The notes under the pieces: generated by a model | Told to the model about the DNA's origin: nothing | Database searches by the model: none | Seen by the model: the letters and a program-made list of their open reading frames with translations, nothing else | Shown here: positions 24,573 through 38,402 of the stretch, in pieces | How positions within the stretch are numbered: the first letter of the stretch is position 1 | How the letters are laid out: each line of letters begins with the position of its first letter | NCBI GenBank assembly: GCA_038087875.1 | Contig: CM075989.1 | Span: forward strand, 2,852,001-2,916,000 | Origin: Malacoraja senta | Lineage: Eukaryota | Length of the DNA: 64,000 bases | Reading direction: 5' to 3' | Program-made: the position numbers and the translations under genes

Positions 24573-25265
24573 GTCGGGTCTCCGTTGTCGTTGGGGCTGG
24601 GCAACGTGGAGCGGCCTCCAGCAGGAACGACCTGGGACTCCAGTTGCGGAGCTGCGGACTACTCACCGTCGCGGGGCTGGCTGAGTCCGGAGCGGGTGGA
24701 GCTGTGGTGGAGACAATCGCTGCTGCGACCCGACCCCCGGAGATTCGGAGGCTACAACCGCGGGTCTGGCGGACGGCAACACCGGAAGCCCGCGGGTCCC
24801 CTGGTGGGAGACCGCTTTTCGGGGCTTCCGCAGCGGCGACTTCTCCCGCCCGAGTTGCGGGGTTGAAGAGCACCTGGAGCGGGGCTTTACATCGTCGCCC
24901 CGCGCGGCTTGGAGTGGCCGCCGGACTTTGCGAGCGCGCGCCGGGGCTCTAACACCAAGACCCGGTGCGCGACCTTGCATCACCCGGCGTGGCTTTAATG
25001 GCCGCGGGATAATCACCATCGCCCGCCGGGGGCTTTGACTTTGACTCTGACATCGGGGGGGGGGGGGGAGTGCAGTGGAGAGATAAGTTTTTTTGCCTTC
25101 CATCACAGCGCTGTGATGGATGTATGTGTAAATTGTGTTGTGTCTCGGGTCTTCTTCGTTTTGTAATGTATGGCTGCAGAAACAACATTTCGTTTGGACC
25201 TCAACGGGGTCCAAATGACAAATTTGTCCAAAAGACAAATAAATTGTATTGTATTGTATTGTATT
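24573..25265 (+). mobile_element. GC-rich non-autonomous element
   Basis: Paralogous to 23512-24240; ends aataaa(ttgta)n. Confidence 0.6.
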
Positions 25266-25810
25266 GTTTTACCACCTACATCAATGGATATGCCCGGAAT
25301 CTACTGTAAATGTAACTCCGTGCTGTTGCAACGTACAGTAACTTTTCATTACAGCTGCAGCATTCAGTGGGAGAGGCTTGTGCGAAGAAAAATATTTCTC
25401 AGGTGTTTTGTGACTTCTTTTTCACATTCATTGTCAAGTTCTATTCGAAGAAATCAGGGCTGGGTGGCCTTGGAAAGATATTGCCTATTTAGTGGATTAA
25501 CCTTGGAGGTTACATTATTTTCTGGTAAATTTCTTCTTTCTAAAAATTTCCCTTCCATTTCCTCTCGGTATCTGAAAGCACTGACTCTTATTACGGCAAG
25601 GTGCTGTGGGGAATAAAATTATGAGGGGTCTGGATGGTGTCAATAGGAGGCACCTGTTTCTATTCACAATGAGTTAAAAACCAGGGAGTGCAGGTTTAAA
25701 CTCATTGCTGCAAGGATGGTAAAGCCAAAAGTCTTATCAGGTTTAAAAAGTCAAATAATAGAGTCACAAGCCTTTTAACCCATTAAGCCCACACCAAGCA
25801 TCAAGCACGG

Positions 25811-26115
25811 TTAGTTTAGTTTCGTTTATTTCAGAGATACAGTGTGGAAACAGGCCCTTCGGCCCACCGAGTCCATGCCGACTAGTGATTCCCGCACACT
25901 ACACTATCCTACACACACTAGGGACAATTTACAATTATACAAGCCAATTCACCTACAAACCTGCACATCTTTGGAGTGTGGGAGGAGACGGGAGATCCTG
26001 GAGAAAGCCCACGCAGGTCACGGGGAGAACGTACAAACACCGTACAGGCAGCACCCTTAGTCAGGATCGAACCCGGGTCTTTGGCACCACAGCTGCAACT
26101 CTACTGCTGCGCCAC
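25811..26115 (-). mobile_element. HE1/V-SINE-like SINE
   Basis: Reverse complement of the family sequence. Confidence 0.85.
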
Positions 26116-26440
26116 TCTTTAAACTAATCGTAAACAGATCCATTTTATTTGCCTCACATTCCCGTCAACTGTGCCCAGAATTACCCATGCTCACGGGGCT
26201 ATATACAATGGTCATTGAACCTACCGACCAGCAAGTCATTGGGACTTAACAATAAAGCAAAGCATCTTGGAGACAAACCGACAGTCACAGGGAGAACGTG
26301 CAAACTCCACGCTGAAAGAAGCTGAGGTCAAGATGGAATCCTGGTTGGTGGATATGCACATGACAAACTAGGACCCACTGGCCTAGTCTTCACCCGAGCA
26401 TTCGTTCTTCATCCAAGGGCCTGGAAATGAAGCATACAGT

Positions 26441-26765
26441 GGCGGCACGGTGGCGCAGCGGTGGAGTTGTTGCCTCACAGCGCCAGGGACCCGGTTCGAT
26501 CCTGACTACAGGTGCTGTCAGTACAGAGTTTGCATGTTCTCCCTGTGTCCGTGTGGATTTTTTTCGGGTGCTCCGGTTTCTTCCCAAACTCCAAAGACCT
26601 ACATGTTTATAGGTTATTTGACTTTGGTGAAATTCTTAACTTGTCCCTAGTGTGTAGGATGGTGCTCGTGTACGGGATGATCGCTGGTCGGCGTCGACTC
26701 GGTGAGCTGAAGGGACTTTCTTTTCCGCACTGTATCTCTAAAGTGTAAAATCTAAAGTAAAGTAT
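26441..26765 (+). mobile_element. HE1/V-SINE-like SINE
   Basis: A/B boxes, core and tail. Confidence 0.85.
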
Positions 26766-28025
26766 AATGTCTACACTGGTAGATCATTAATGGACTGTAT
26801 TGTGGTTATCTGTAGTTAATGACCACACGCAGTCTCTTCAGGATGATCTCTGCAGAGATGCAGAAGCCCGGCTTTATTCGTATCCCACCACCCCCCCCCC
26901 CCCCCCCACCCCCCTAATGGGAGAGCCACCGCTGTGATTGATCTTCATAGCATGCATGTCCACACAGGTTCCTCATCCAAAACGCTAACCTACCAGGTTC
27001 CCTGTTGTGCCAGATTCATTGCTGACGAGACCACCAGGTGGTACACAGGGGGTTTGAAGAAGGAATGATAGGAACAGCATGGACTGAACTGATGTGTGTG
27101 TTGCTGGCATTCATGCAATGGGTGGCTGGAGAAAGACCAGGGGCTAATAATCAAGTATTTAATGAGAGACTGGAGAGCGAAACCTGTTTGGGCAGGGTAG
27201 TGTCGGAAGGAACTGCAGATGCTGGTTTTAAACTGAAGATAGACACAAATAGCTGGAGTAACTCAGCGGGGCAGGCAGCATCTCTGGAGCGAAGGAATGG
27301 GTGACGTTTCGATTTGACGTCTCCACCCGAAACGTCACCCATCCCTTCTCTCCAGAGATGCTGCCTGTCCCGCTGAGTTACTCCAGCTTTTTGTGTCTAT
27401 CTTGGGAAGGGTTGTGTTGTTTATTGTGCTTCAACTAAAAATATTTTGGCAATTTCTGCTGTTCTATTATTAGACTGGAGACAATTGCTCTCCCACTTAG
27501 AACATAAAACAGTACAGCATAGTAACAGGCAAGGAATCCAATTCTTTCTTGAAGCTCATGGGACCCCTGTCTCATGCTTCTTTCAACCCACTGGGGCCTT
27601 GTTTCCTACAATCCCTTTACATTTACTAAATTCACTGGAAAAAAATATGATTGTGGTACATAATATAGAACATAGAACAGTGATAGGCCCTTCGGCCCAC
27701 AATGTCTCAACACGATGCCAAGGTAAACTAATGCCAATGTGGAGGAAGGAACTACAGATGCTGGCTTACACCGAAGGTAGACACAAATGCTGGAGTAGCT
27801 CGACGAGTCAGGCAGCATCTCTGGAGAGAAGGAATGGGTGACGATTCTGGTTGTACCCTTCTTCAGACCAGACTAATTGCATCTGCCTGAACATGAATCA
27901 TATCTCTCCATTTCCTGCACACTTCCTCTGCATATCTAAAATCCTTTGCTAAAGCCACTATCGTATCTGCCATATCTCATCTCCTCTATCCGAAGAAATG
28001 GTCATTCCAGCACTACATGACAGCT

Positions 28026-29260
28026 GGTCATCATCACTGGCGGTCACTCGAAACGAGTGTGACTCTCCTCTCCATAGGGTCGTCTACTTGTGGGTCTGCA
28101 GATGTCTGTAGAGGTCGATCTGTGCTCCACACATCTTGGTGCAACGTGGGCAGTGGAGACTGGCGGTGGTTGGTAGTTGTCGAGCCCCCTTCTCTCTCTC
28201 CTTACGGAGCTGTCGCTTTGTCTCTGCGACACGGCGTAGTTCCGTTTCGTGACGTGCAGCTCCTTCCTGCACGGATTTCCTCCAGGAGCGCCTGTCCAGT
28301 GCAATGTGCTCCCAGTTGCTCGATGTGATGTGGAATTTCTTCAGACTGTTCTTGATGTTGTCCTTGAAGCGTTTCTTTGGCCCCCCGGGGGCTCGCCGAC
28401 CTTCCTTCAATTGAGAGAACAGCATGTGTTTAGGGAGACGTGTGTTGGACTTGCGGATGACATGGTCAGTCCATCGAAGTTGGTGCTGCATTATTGTGGT
28501 GGTGATGCTGGTCATGTTGGCTTCCTCCAAAACGCTGATGTTGGTGCGTTTGTCCTCCCAGCTGATCCTCAGAATCTTTCGTATGGATCTTTGATGGTAT
28601 TGTTCCAGGGCTCTCAGATGCCTGCTGTAGGTGGTCCATGACTCGGCTCCATACAACAGGGTGGAGAGGACAACGGCTCTGTAGACCAGCAGTTTAGTTA
28701 AGCCTTTAAGTCTCGGTCTTCAAAGACTCTTTTCCCTGAGTCTGGCGTAGGCTTCGCTGGCACAACTCAGGCGATGGTCGACCTCAGAGTCGATGTCAGC
28801 GTTTGAGGAAAGAATGGTGCCAAGGTAGGGGAAGTGGTCAACGGAAGTGGTGTCGTCCACTTTTATAGTGGGATGGGTAGACCGCTGGTTGGGTGGAGGT
28901 TGATGTAGGACCTGGGCCTTCTTGATATTTAAGGCTAGGCCCATGGCTCTGTATGACTTGGCAAAGGCATTCAGGATGCCCTGGAGGTCTTCTGTGGAGT
29001 GTGCTGCAATGGCACAGTCGTTCGCGTACTGAAGCTCCATGATGGCAGTGTTACTGACTTTGCTCTTGGCCTTCAACCTACTAAGGTTGAACAGCCCACC
29101 GTCAGTTCTGTAGAGGATTGGGATCCCTGTGGCAGCTCTTCACCAATGAGGTGAAGTATGGCAGCAATGAAGGCAACAAACAGGATGGGTGCAATGATGC
29201 ATCCCTGTTTGACCCCCGTTTCCACAGTGAAGGGCTCGGACTCAGAGCCACAGCTGCAGT
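28026..29260 (-). mobile_element. 5'-truncated RTE-clade LINE
   Basis: 'GVKQGCIIAPILF', 'ELQYANDC', 'YGAESWT...QLRWTDHV.R...RLPK', C-terminal C2H2 'CPRCTKMC...HLQTH'; 3' stem-loop and (TGA)n tail. Confidence 0.9.
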
Positions 29261-29516
29261 ACATTACAGCTGGTACTCAATAGTCTACATCCCCTGTGTC
29301 TCTGTATGAGATGGTACATTAATGATCAGCGTCTCCAGTCCAGTATCACCATTCAGTGCATTATAAATCCTTGTTAGAGATTTATATTTACATTCAAAAC
29401 TTACTCTTGTTTGTTTCTCTTTCTTTCCTAGTCTGAGCTATCATTGTTGAGTCCAATGGTTTTGGGCACAATCGGAGACTCACGACTAAGTACATAGAAA
29501 TATGAGTCAGGATGGG

Positions 29517-29853
29517 TACACAAATTGGAGGAAATGCACCTCATATTCCGTTTGGGCAGTCTACATCCTGGGGGCTTGAACATTGAATTTTCCCAATTCT
29601 GCTAGCCCTTGCTGTCCCCTCCCCTTCATCAGCCATCTGGTTGTCTCCTCCCCTCCCCCAGCCCTCGGGCTCCTCCTCCGCCTTTTTCCTTTTTTTCCTT
29701 TCTTCTCCCCACCCCCTATCAGTCTGAAGAAGGGTTTCGGCCCGAAACGTTGCCTATTTCCTTCGCTCCATAGATGCTGCTGCACCCGCTGAGTTTCTCC
29801 AGCATTTTTGTGTACCTTCGATTTTCCAGCATCTGCAGTTCCTTCTTTAACAC
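29517..29853 (+). mobile_element. Penelope-like element 3' end with hammerhead motif
   Basis: 'KLEEMHLIFRLGSLHPG' ORF end; CTGAAGAAGGGTTTCGGCCCGAAACGTT at ~29724-29751; 14-bp TSD tgagtcaggatggg (29503-29516 / 29854-29867). Confidence 0.85.
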
Positions 29854-30249
29854 TGAGTCAGGATGGGATTCAGCAATGACACTGCGTCTAGTTAACTACG
29901 TAGATAGCCTCTGCTCACTCTGCATATAAATTTCAACTGGAACCTTGAAAACTATAGACAAGAAACCTTAGACAAGACACGGTGGCACAGCTTCAAATGC
30001 AGAGACCAGGGTTCAATCTCCAAAGTACAACAGGTCTGTAGGTTAATCGGTTTGGTATAAATGTAAATTGTTCCCAGTGTGTGTAGGATAGTGTTAATGT
30101 GCAGGGATCGCTGGTCGGTGCAGATTCGGTGGGCTGAAGGGCCTGATTCCGCGCTGTATCTCTAAACTAAACAAAACTAAGAAGGACATCTGTGGAGGAA
30201 ATGGACAGAAGAAGTTTCTCGTCGGAGTTAATTCTGTGTCTCCTCTTTG

Positions 30250-30850
30250 TCCTGTAGTTCTCCTCCTCCCCCCACCAGCGTCCGTATCCAAGGCATCATT
30301 CGCTGAGAAGATGGCCACCTCCTACATAATCTCAACACCACCCGCATCTTCCTGTCCCCACCACATTCTGCTTTCCAATCAGGCTCTCCACAACTCCTTG
30401 GTTCATTCATCCCATCCCCAGGTACTTTTCCTTGCAACATCAGGTGCAACACCTGTCCTTATACCTCCTCCCTCACCTCCATCCAGGGACCCCAGTGGCC
30501 ATTCCAGCTGAGACAGAGGTTTGCATGCACCTCTTCTAACCTCATCTATTGCATTTGGAGCTCTTGATGTGGCCTTCCATACATTGGCGAGCCCAAGCGT
30601 AGACTAGTCATCTGCTTGGCCGAACATTAGCACTCGGTCCGTCAAGGCCTGCTGGACTTCACTAACAATTCTAACTCTCCTTCCCATTCCCATACAGACC
30701 TTTCTATCTTGGGTCTCCTCCATTGCTAGAGTCTATCCATGTGTATGAGCATTGAATTCTACAATTGTTGGCAACAATATAACCTGCTACTACCCGCCCC
30801 CATTCACCTTCCTTTATCCCCCCTCCCACCCTTCCCTGTGCCCCAACCGA
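30250..30850 (+). pseudogene. Penelope GIY-YIG endonuclease fragment
   Basis: 'FACTSSNLIYCIWSS*CGLPYIGEPKRRL...LAEH' is a Penelope-type GIY-YIG signature with stops. Confidence 0.8.
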
Positions 30851-30974
30851 ATGCGCATTCATTTCTCAAACTACCTTTTAAATGTGGCCGCTCGTATCTT
30901 AAAACTATGCCCTATAGTTTTGGGCATTTCCATCCTGGGACTAAGGTTCTGACTGTCCACCATGTCCAAGCCTC

Positions 30975-31420
30975 AATAGACAATAGACAATAGACAATAG
31001 GTGCAGGAGTAGGCCATTCGGCCCTTCGAGTCAGCACCGGCATTCAATGTGATCATGGCTGATCATCCCCAATCAGTACCCCGTTCCTGCCTTCTCCCCA
31101 TATCCCTTGATTCCGTTATCCCTAAGAGCTAAATCGAACACTCTCTTGAAAACATTAGACAATAGACAAAAGGTGCAGGAGTAGGCCATTCGGCCCTTCG
31201 AGCCAGCACGCCATTCAATGTGATCATGGGCTGATCATCCCCAATCAGTACCCCGTTCCTGCCTTCTCCCCATATCCCAGACTCCGCTATCTTTAAGAGC
31301 CCTATCTAGCTCTCTCTTGAAAGCATCCCAGAGAACCGGCCTCCACCGCCCTCTGAGGCAGAGAATTCCACAGACTCACCACTCTCTGTGAGAACAAGTA
31401 TTTCCTCGTCTCCGTTCTAA
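30975..31420 (-). mobile_element. Two tandem CR1 3' ends
   Basis: Repeated 'ggtgcaggagtaggccattcggcccttcgag' with (agacaat)n tails. Confidence 0.8.
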
Positions 31421-31619
31421 TATACTTCTATCAGGTCCCTCCGCAGACTCCAGAGAAAACAATCCCAATACCTCGTGAGTCACGTTACTGTTTAAACGTG
31501 TGGCTTGTTGTGCTTCCCCCATCCCTATGTGGCAGCTGTGTTGTTGTGCTTCCCCCATCCCTATGTGGCAGCTGTGTTTGACAGTGCTGTGCAAAGTCAT
31601 TAGTATGAACATTGACTCC

Positions 31620-31940
31620 TCCAACTTGTTTTCTCTCTCTCTCCAACCCTCCCCCGTCCTAGTTCTCTGACTAGTTTTACTGACCTCCTGATTAAATTGT
31701 ACTGATTGGACGCCCTGTTGTCACCTTCCACTTAGCTACCGATGATCCATTCTTCATATTCCTTGACTTTCATCCGCTTTGATGTCTCAATTTCACACCT
31801 TACCCTTCCATATCTCTATGTTTCCCTCTCCCCTGACTCTCAGTCTGAAGAAGGGTCCCTACCCGAAACGTCACCCATTCCTTCTCTCCAGAGATGCTGC
31901 CTGTCCCGCTGAGTTACTCCAGCATTTTGCGTCTATCTGT
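31620..31940 (+). mobile_element. Penelope 3' terminal repeat with hammerhead motif
   Basis: CTGAAGAAGGGTCCCTACCCGAAACGTC at ~31845-31872. Confidence 0.7.
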
Positions 31941-32837
31941 GGACTCGGACATGGTGGGCTGAAGGGCCTGTTTTCGCTCGATATCTCTAAACTAAGCTAA
32001 ACTAAATTGTTATCCTGTACTCACAGCCAAAAACAGTAAACATTTCTCAGAGCATGAAAAATATCAAACAGTCCAGGATAGGCAGAATTGACAGACAATT
32101 AGGGAGCTGTCAATTGCAGTGTCCTCATCCTCTTAACTAACGATATCTTCAGTGTCGTTGTTCAATGGAAGTACATTTAGAGTGAGCAAGGCAGGCTGGC
32201 AGGGGTATCGTTGTTTAACATTCCTTGGCTGCTTCTGGTGCTACAGTTTGTCATATCAGGGGGGAGGTCAACCTGTTTGATTTGCTGAGACAAGTTTGGT
32301 TCTGCAAATCAACAGCGGTTGTGGAACAGCAAGAAGAAAGAACAGCAAGAAGTGGGTATCAAGGAGAGCTACCAGGAAGCAGCTGAAAGGTCAGTGTGAC
32401 AAGACTCAGAGAGAATAACAAGTGGTGAATGACAGCCAGAGGAGGTTGTGCTTACAGTAACACTGGAAGCAATATTATTGGAATATGACTTTTAATGGGA
32501 AAAGTCAGCTGAGCACCTGGAAATGTATCTATGACCAGAAGGGCCAAACATAGTTAATGGTTCTTTACTTGTCACGTATGTAACTGCACAGTGAAATGTT
32601 TTTTGCATATATTACACGTGCGGGCGCCATTATTCAAAGTCCAAAGTCCAGTCGGCCCGCGTGCTCGATGGCTGGAGCAGTTCCCGCGCACCGACGTCCC
32701 TCTCCCCGTCCCGCGCCTCCTGCAGCTAACCTGTAGATGCTGGAGGCATTACCCCCTGTTCACCCTCCGACTGGTCCCTTGCTCCTCACGTCCGACTTCT
32801 CCAGCTCCCTCCCAGTTATCCCGACCGACAAGCCTTC

Positions 32838-33350
32838 ATAGAAACATAGAAACATAGAAAATAGGTGCAGGAGTAGGCCATTCAGCCCTTCGAGCCTGCA
32901 CCGCCATTTGATATGATCATGGCTGATCATCCAACTCAGTATCCCATCCCTGCCTTCTCTCCATACCCCCTGATCCCTTTAGCCACAAGGGCCACATCTA
33001 ACTCCTCTAAATATAGCCAATGAACTGGCCTCAACTACCTTCTGTGGCAGAGAATTCCACAGATTCACCACTCTCTGTGTAAAAAATGATTTCCTCATCT
33101 CGGTCCTAAAAGTCTTCCCTCTTATCCTTAAACTGTGACCCCTAGTTCTGGACTTCCCCAACATCGGGAATAATCTTCCTGCATCTAGCCTGTCCAACCC
33201 CTTAAGAATTTTGTAAGTTTCTATAAGATCCCCCCTCAGTCTTCTGATTCCAACGTGTACAAGCCGAGTCTATCCAGTCTTTCCTCATATGAAAGTCCCG
33301 CCATCCAGGAATCAGTCTGGTGTACCTTCTCTGTACTCCCTCTATGGCAA
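32838..33350 (-). mobile_element. CR1 3' fragment
   Basis: 'SRTRGHSLRIRG...FFTQRVVNLWNSLP'. Confidence 0.9.
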
Positions 33351-33970
33351 GACCACAAGCAAGGAGGCAAGGAGGGAGGGGAGGAGAGGTGAGGTGACGG
33401 CAATGTAAGATGAACTTACTCAAAATTAGAGAATTCAACCCCCTACTTTCAGTCTGAAGAAGGGTCTTAACCCGAAACGTCACCTATTCCTTTTTCTCCA
33501 GAGATGTAGCCTGTCCCGTTGAGTTACTCCAGCACTTTGTCAGTATCTTTGGTAGAAACCAGCATCTGCAGTTCTCTGCCTCTGCTGTGCCTGTTCTAAC
33601 CGGGGAAGAACCCTCTACTGAAGGAGAATTCGCAGTGGGTTTTGCTGGGCAAAGGCTGGATCAGAATTGAAAGTGGGACACACGAAATGGCCAATTTGTT
33701 TGAACTTTAACAATTGGGATAGATCGATTTTCTAAACATGAAGATATAATTTAAGAAAAACTAAAGCAATAATCGTCTAATTCTTTAAGGATTCTGTCAA
33801 GTTCATATATACATTGCCTGCCCCAGGCCAATGCCTAGAATAGTGATCTTGGGGAAATGAGCAATTAATTTTAATGGCAAATGGAGATATTATAAAATAG
33901 AGCAGATGCTGGAAATCTAAAGAATGGGAAAAGCTGGAAATACTCAAAGAGAAACAGAGTTACCATTTCG

Positions 33971-34300
33971 GGCGGCACGGTGGCACGGTGGCACAGCGGT
34001 AGAGTTGCTGCCTTACAGCGCTTGCAGCTACAGAGACCCGGGTTCAATCCTGACTATGGGTGCTGTCTGTACGGAGTTTGTACCTTCTCCCATGACCTGC
34101 GTGGGTTTTCTCCGATATCTTGGGTTTCCTCCCACACTCCAAAGATGTACAGGTTTGAAGGTTATCAGCTTGGTATAATTGTAAATTGTCCCTAGTGTGT
34201 GTAGGGTAGTGTTCAGGTGCGGGGATCGCTGGTCGGTGTGGGACTTGATGGGCCAAAGGGCCTGTTTTTGGGCTGTATCGGAAAACTAAACTAAACTAAA
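33971..34300 (+). mobile_element. HE1/V-SINE-like SINE
   Basis: Family sequence. Confidence 0.85.
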
Positions 34301-35871
34301 TTTCATGTTCAAGACTTTTCATGAGAATAATTTAATTCTTTATTCAACAATAGCCTGTGTCTGTACATTGAATCTGTTATTCCTCCTATTCTGTGGGCAA
34401 CCTGACTGGTCTGGTGGTGATTCTTGGTGTGCTGGTCCAGGAAGTGGATCTATTATCATTCATCACAATCGCTCCACTATTTTAAGTCTCTATTAATTCC
34501 CTGTATCCTATATCTGTACACGGTGGACGGCTTGATTGGAACCATGCATTGTCTTTCCGCTGACTGGATAGCTCGCAACAAAGAAGCTTTTCACTGTACC
34601 TCGATACACGTGACAATAATGAACAAATAATCAATCATTTTGCTCTCTTTTTCCAACGCATAACTGGATGTCAGGTCATCCATATGTTTCAAATCCAGAA
34701 CGGTCTGTCTGATGAACCTTTGAGGGGGGTCATCTTAAGACAATTATCAGTTTATCAGTCAGTTTAATTTATTGTACAGTGAAATGCTTTTGTTATGTGA
34801 CATCTAGTCAGCAGAAAGACAATACATGATTACAATCAAGCCATTTACAGTGAATAGATAAATGATAAAGGGATACCATTTAATCCAAGGTAAATCCAGC
34901 AAATTCCGATCAAGGATAGTCCGAGGGTCACCAATGAGGTAGATAGTTGTTCCGCACTGCTCTCTGGTTGTGGTGGGATGATTTAGTTGCCTGATAACAA
35001 CTGTCCCTGAATCTGGAGGTGTGCATTTTCACACTTCTATACCTTTGCCTGATGGGAGAGGGGAGAAGAGGGAGTGGCCTTGGTGCGACCCGTTCTTGGT
35101 TATGCTGCTGGTCTTGACGAGTCATAGAGTGATCAGCGTGGAAACAATAGACAATAGACAATGGGTGCAGAAGTAGGCCAATCGGCCCTTCGAGCCAGCA
35201 CCACCATTCAAACAGGCCCTTTGCGCCAAACTTGCCCATGCTGGCCAGCATGTCCCAGCTACACTAGTCCCACCTGCCTGCGTTTGGTCCATATCCCTCC
35301 AAACCTGACCTATCCATGTACCTGCCTAACTGTTTCTTAAACGTCCCAACCTCAACTACTTCCTCTGGCAGCTTGTTCCATACACCCACCACCCGTTGTG
35401 TGAAAAGGTTACCCCTCAGATTACTATGAAATCTTTTCCCCTTCACCTTAAATCTGGTCCTCGATTCACCTATTCAGCGTGAGGTATAAATGGAGTCAAT
35501 AGAAGTGAGGTTGGTTTGTGTGATGGTCTGGGCTGCGTTGTAGGGAACGGATTCTACGGGTGTGAACTGCGCTCAATTAAGGCCTAATATCAAAATTGAG
35601 GGTTGACTGTTGTTTTAAAGTGATGTGTTTGAGTATTAACCAACAACAATGCATTTAAGATGCTTGGTAATATTTTAGCAGGCCCGTCCGAAGAGATGTC
35701 TCATCCAATTTATTTTGGAACCACTAGAGGAGGAATCTACACTGACAGAATTACTCAGGGGAATATTGGACATATTGCTCCTGTTCTGGTGAGTTAGAGC
35801 TGTGTGATACTTAGCATCCAAGATCCGACACGCCCTGCCTGTCAGCACACGCCAACCTATCTGGGGTAAAG

Positions 35872-36172
35872 GTTTAGAGATACAGACCAGACACAGGCCC
35901 TTCAGCCCACCGAGTCTGCGCCGACCAGCGATCCCCGCACACGAATACTATCCAATACACACGAGGGACAATTTACAATTATACCGAGCCAATTAGACTA
36001 CAAACCTGTGCGTCTTCTGGAGTGTGGGAGGAAACCGGAGATCCTGGAGAAAGCCCACACAGGTAACGGGGAGAATGTACCAACTCTGTACTGACACCAC
36101 CCATGGTCAGGATCGAACCCGGGTCTCTAGCGCTGCAAGGCTGCAACTACCGCTGCATCACCATGCCGCCCT
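35872..36172 (-). mobile_element. HE1/V-SINE-like SINE
   Basis: Reverse complement of the family sequence. Confidence 0.8.
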
Positions 36173-37429
36173 GTAACGTGGAGGGAGCGGATTCTTCAGA
36201 TGTGATTTCAGCTCAAGTACCCCCTTGCACCCCCTCTCTCCCCGTCCCTCCCCACCCTAGTCATCGTACTAGTTTCACTGTCGTCCTGCTGAGTATCACT
36301 GCTTGTGTCGCTCATTTTCATGTTCCCCACAGCCAACATTGGACCATTGTGGGCTTTCCTTGATCATCGTTGCTGACCTTGATTTGACCTTTGGCATATC
36401 TTTCATTCACTTGTTCTATGAACCTTTTCATATCTCTCATTTCCCTCTCCCCTGACTCTCAGTCTGAAGAAGGGTCGTGATCCAAAACGTCACCTATTCC
36501 TTTTCTCCAGAGATGCTGCCTGGCCCGCTGAGTTACTCCAGCTTCTTGTGTCGATCTGACAGAATTCAGTATGGGCTTCTCTCCTGAATGAGACAGTGGG
36601 TGCTAATTTCAATTGTTCTAGAGACCAACAGCAGGGATCACACTCATTAATAGAGGTGCAGGCTACCTGCCAAGTATGTGCTGTCTGTTCAATTAAATTC
36701 AGTTCATCCAACTGCTATCATTCCTTGATCACCATCCTGACAGCATACGTGCCTGATATCAGCTAAAGCTAACAGTTCCCCAAACAAGCTTCAACCACTT
36801 CAGCAAAGTCATTGTGGCCAGTGGATAGAGGGAACTGCAGATGCCGGTTTACATTGTGGGCAGTGTAGATGCTGCCAGAGTATTAGTGTAACCAACCCAG
36901 AAAGCACTGAAGCAGAGTCTGAAGAAGGGTCTCGACCTGAAACGTCACCCGTTCCTTCTCTCCAGAGATGCTGCCTGTCCCGCTGTGTTTCTCCAACTTT
37001 TTGTGTCTATCTTCTGAAGAATAACACAGCATAGCTCAGACTCATCAAATATTCTTTCACCAAGGTCTCAGGTACAATGGAGAAATGATGTCCTTGATCA
37101 GGGAGGGCCAGGGCACGTTATTAATGGGCTGAAGCTGTAGATAACCATGGAGATTAATGTCAGCAAGTGTATCTTCAAGCCCACCCATTGCACCGTTAAC
37201 ATTCGCTACAACAGTAACCACAAGCCATCACACTTCTGCCGCTATTGTCAGTCAAGAAACACATGGAACAGTGATATGCTCCATCGTAGCCTCTTGCGCT
37301 AAACAGGACTTCTAGCCTCAGACTGCACCTCAGACTGACAACTATTCAACTGTGACAGGCATATCACTTGCACTTGTCACTAGAAACCAGCTCATGCATT
37401 CTTAGCAACGTCAGAGTCAAGAGAGTTGG

Positions 37430-37743
37430 GTGTCACGGTGGGCGCAGCAGGAGAGTTGCTGCCTCACAGCGCCAGAGACCCGGGTTCGAACCTGACTAGG
37501 GGTGCTATCTGTACGGAGTTTGTACGTTCTCCCCGTGACCTGCGTGGGTTTTCTCCGAGGGCTCCGGTTTCCTCCCACACTCCAAAGACGTACAGGTTTG
37601 TAGGTTAATTGGCTTTGGTAGAATAGTAAATTGTCCCTAGTGTGTGTAGGATAGTGTTAGTGTGTGGGGATCGCTGGTCGGCACGGACCCAGTGGGCCAA
37701 AGGGCCTGTTTCTGCGTTGTATCTCTAAACTAAACTAAACTAA
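37430..37743 (+). mobile_element. HE1/V-SINE-like SINE
   Basis: Family sequence. Confidence 0.85.
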
Positions 37744-38202
37744 GTCAAGTGTGTTTTATTGCCACATGTCCTGAAATGGAACAATGAACTTCTTCCTTGC
37801 AGCAGTAGCACAACAAGTTGTAAACACAGTACACAATAGACAATGTAATACACAGGCTTAATAAATTTAAAAACTCAATAGATTGCAAAAACTAAACAAA
37901 GCCCAAAGTGCAACCCAGGCAGCTTGTGGTTTGTAGTTTAGTTGGAGTTCTCTGTATTGAGTGAGAGATACAATGCCCAGATGAAGGATAACGGTACAAC
38001 ATTCAGTGCAAGATATAACACTGAAGTTCAATGAAGTTTGATTGAAGATAGTCCAAAGGTCTTCAATGATGCAGTTAGAAGGTCAGAAATTTACCTGAAT
38101 CTGGAGGTATGTGTTTTCAACCTTCTGTGCCTCTTGCCTGATGGGAGACGGGAGAAGAGGGGGTGTCCGGGGTGAGACTGATCCTTGGTCATGCTGGCTG
38201 GC

Positions 38203-38402
38203 NNNNNNNNNNNNNNNNNNNNNNNNNNNNNNNNNNNNNNNNNNNNNNNNNNNNNNNNNNNNNNNNNNNNNNNNNNNNNNNNNNNNNNNNNNNNNNNNNN
38301 NNNNNNNNNNNNNNNNNNNNNNNNNNNNNNNNNNNNNNNNNNNNNNNNNNNNNNNNNNNNNNNNNNNNNNNNNNNNNNNNNNNNNNNNNNNNNNNNNNNN
38401 NN
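38203..38402. other. Assembly gap (200 N)
   Basis: Run of N. Confidence 1.

Noticed and set aside
23545..25238. Overlapping GC-rich ORFs on both strands
   Set aside because: Expected from stop-codon scarcity in GC-rich repeats; frames are not conserved between the paralogous copies.
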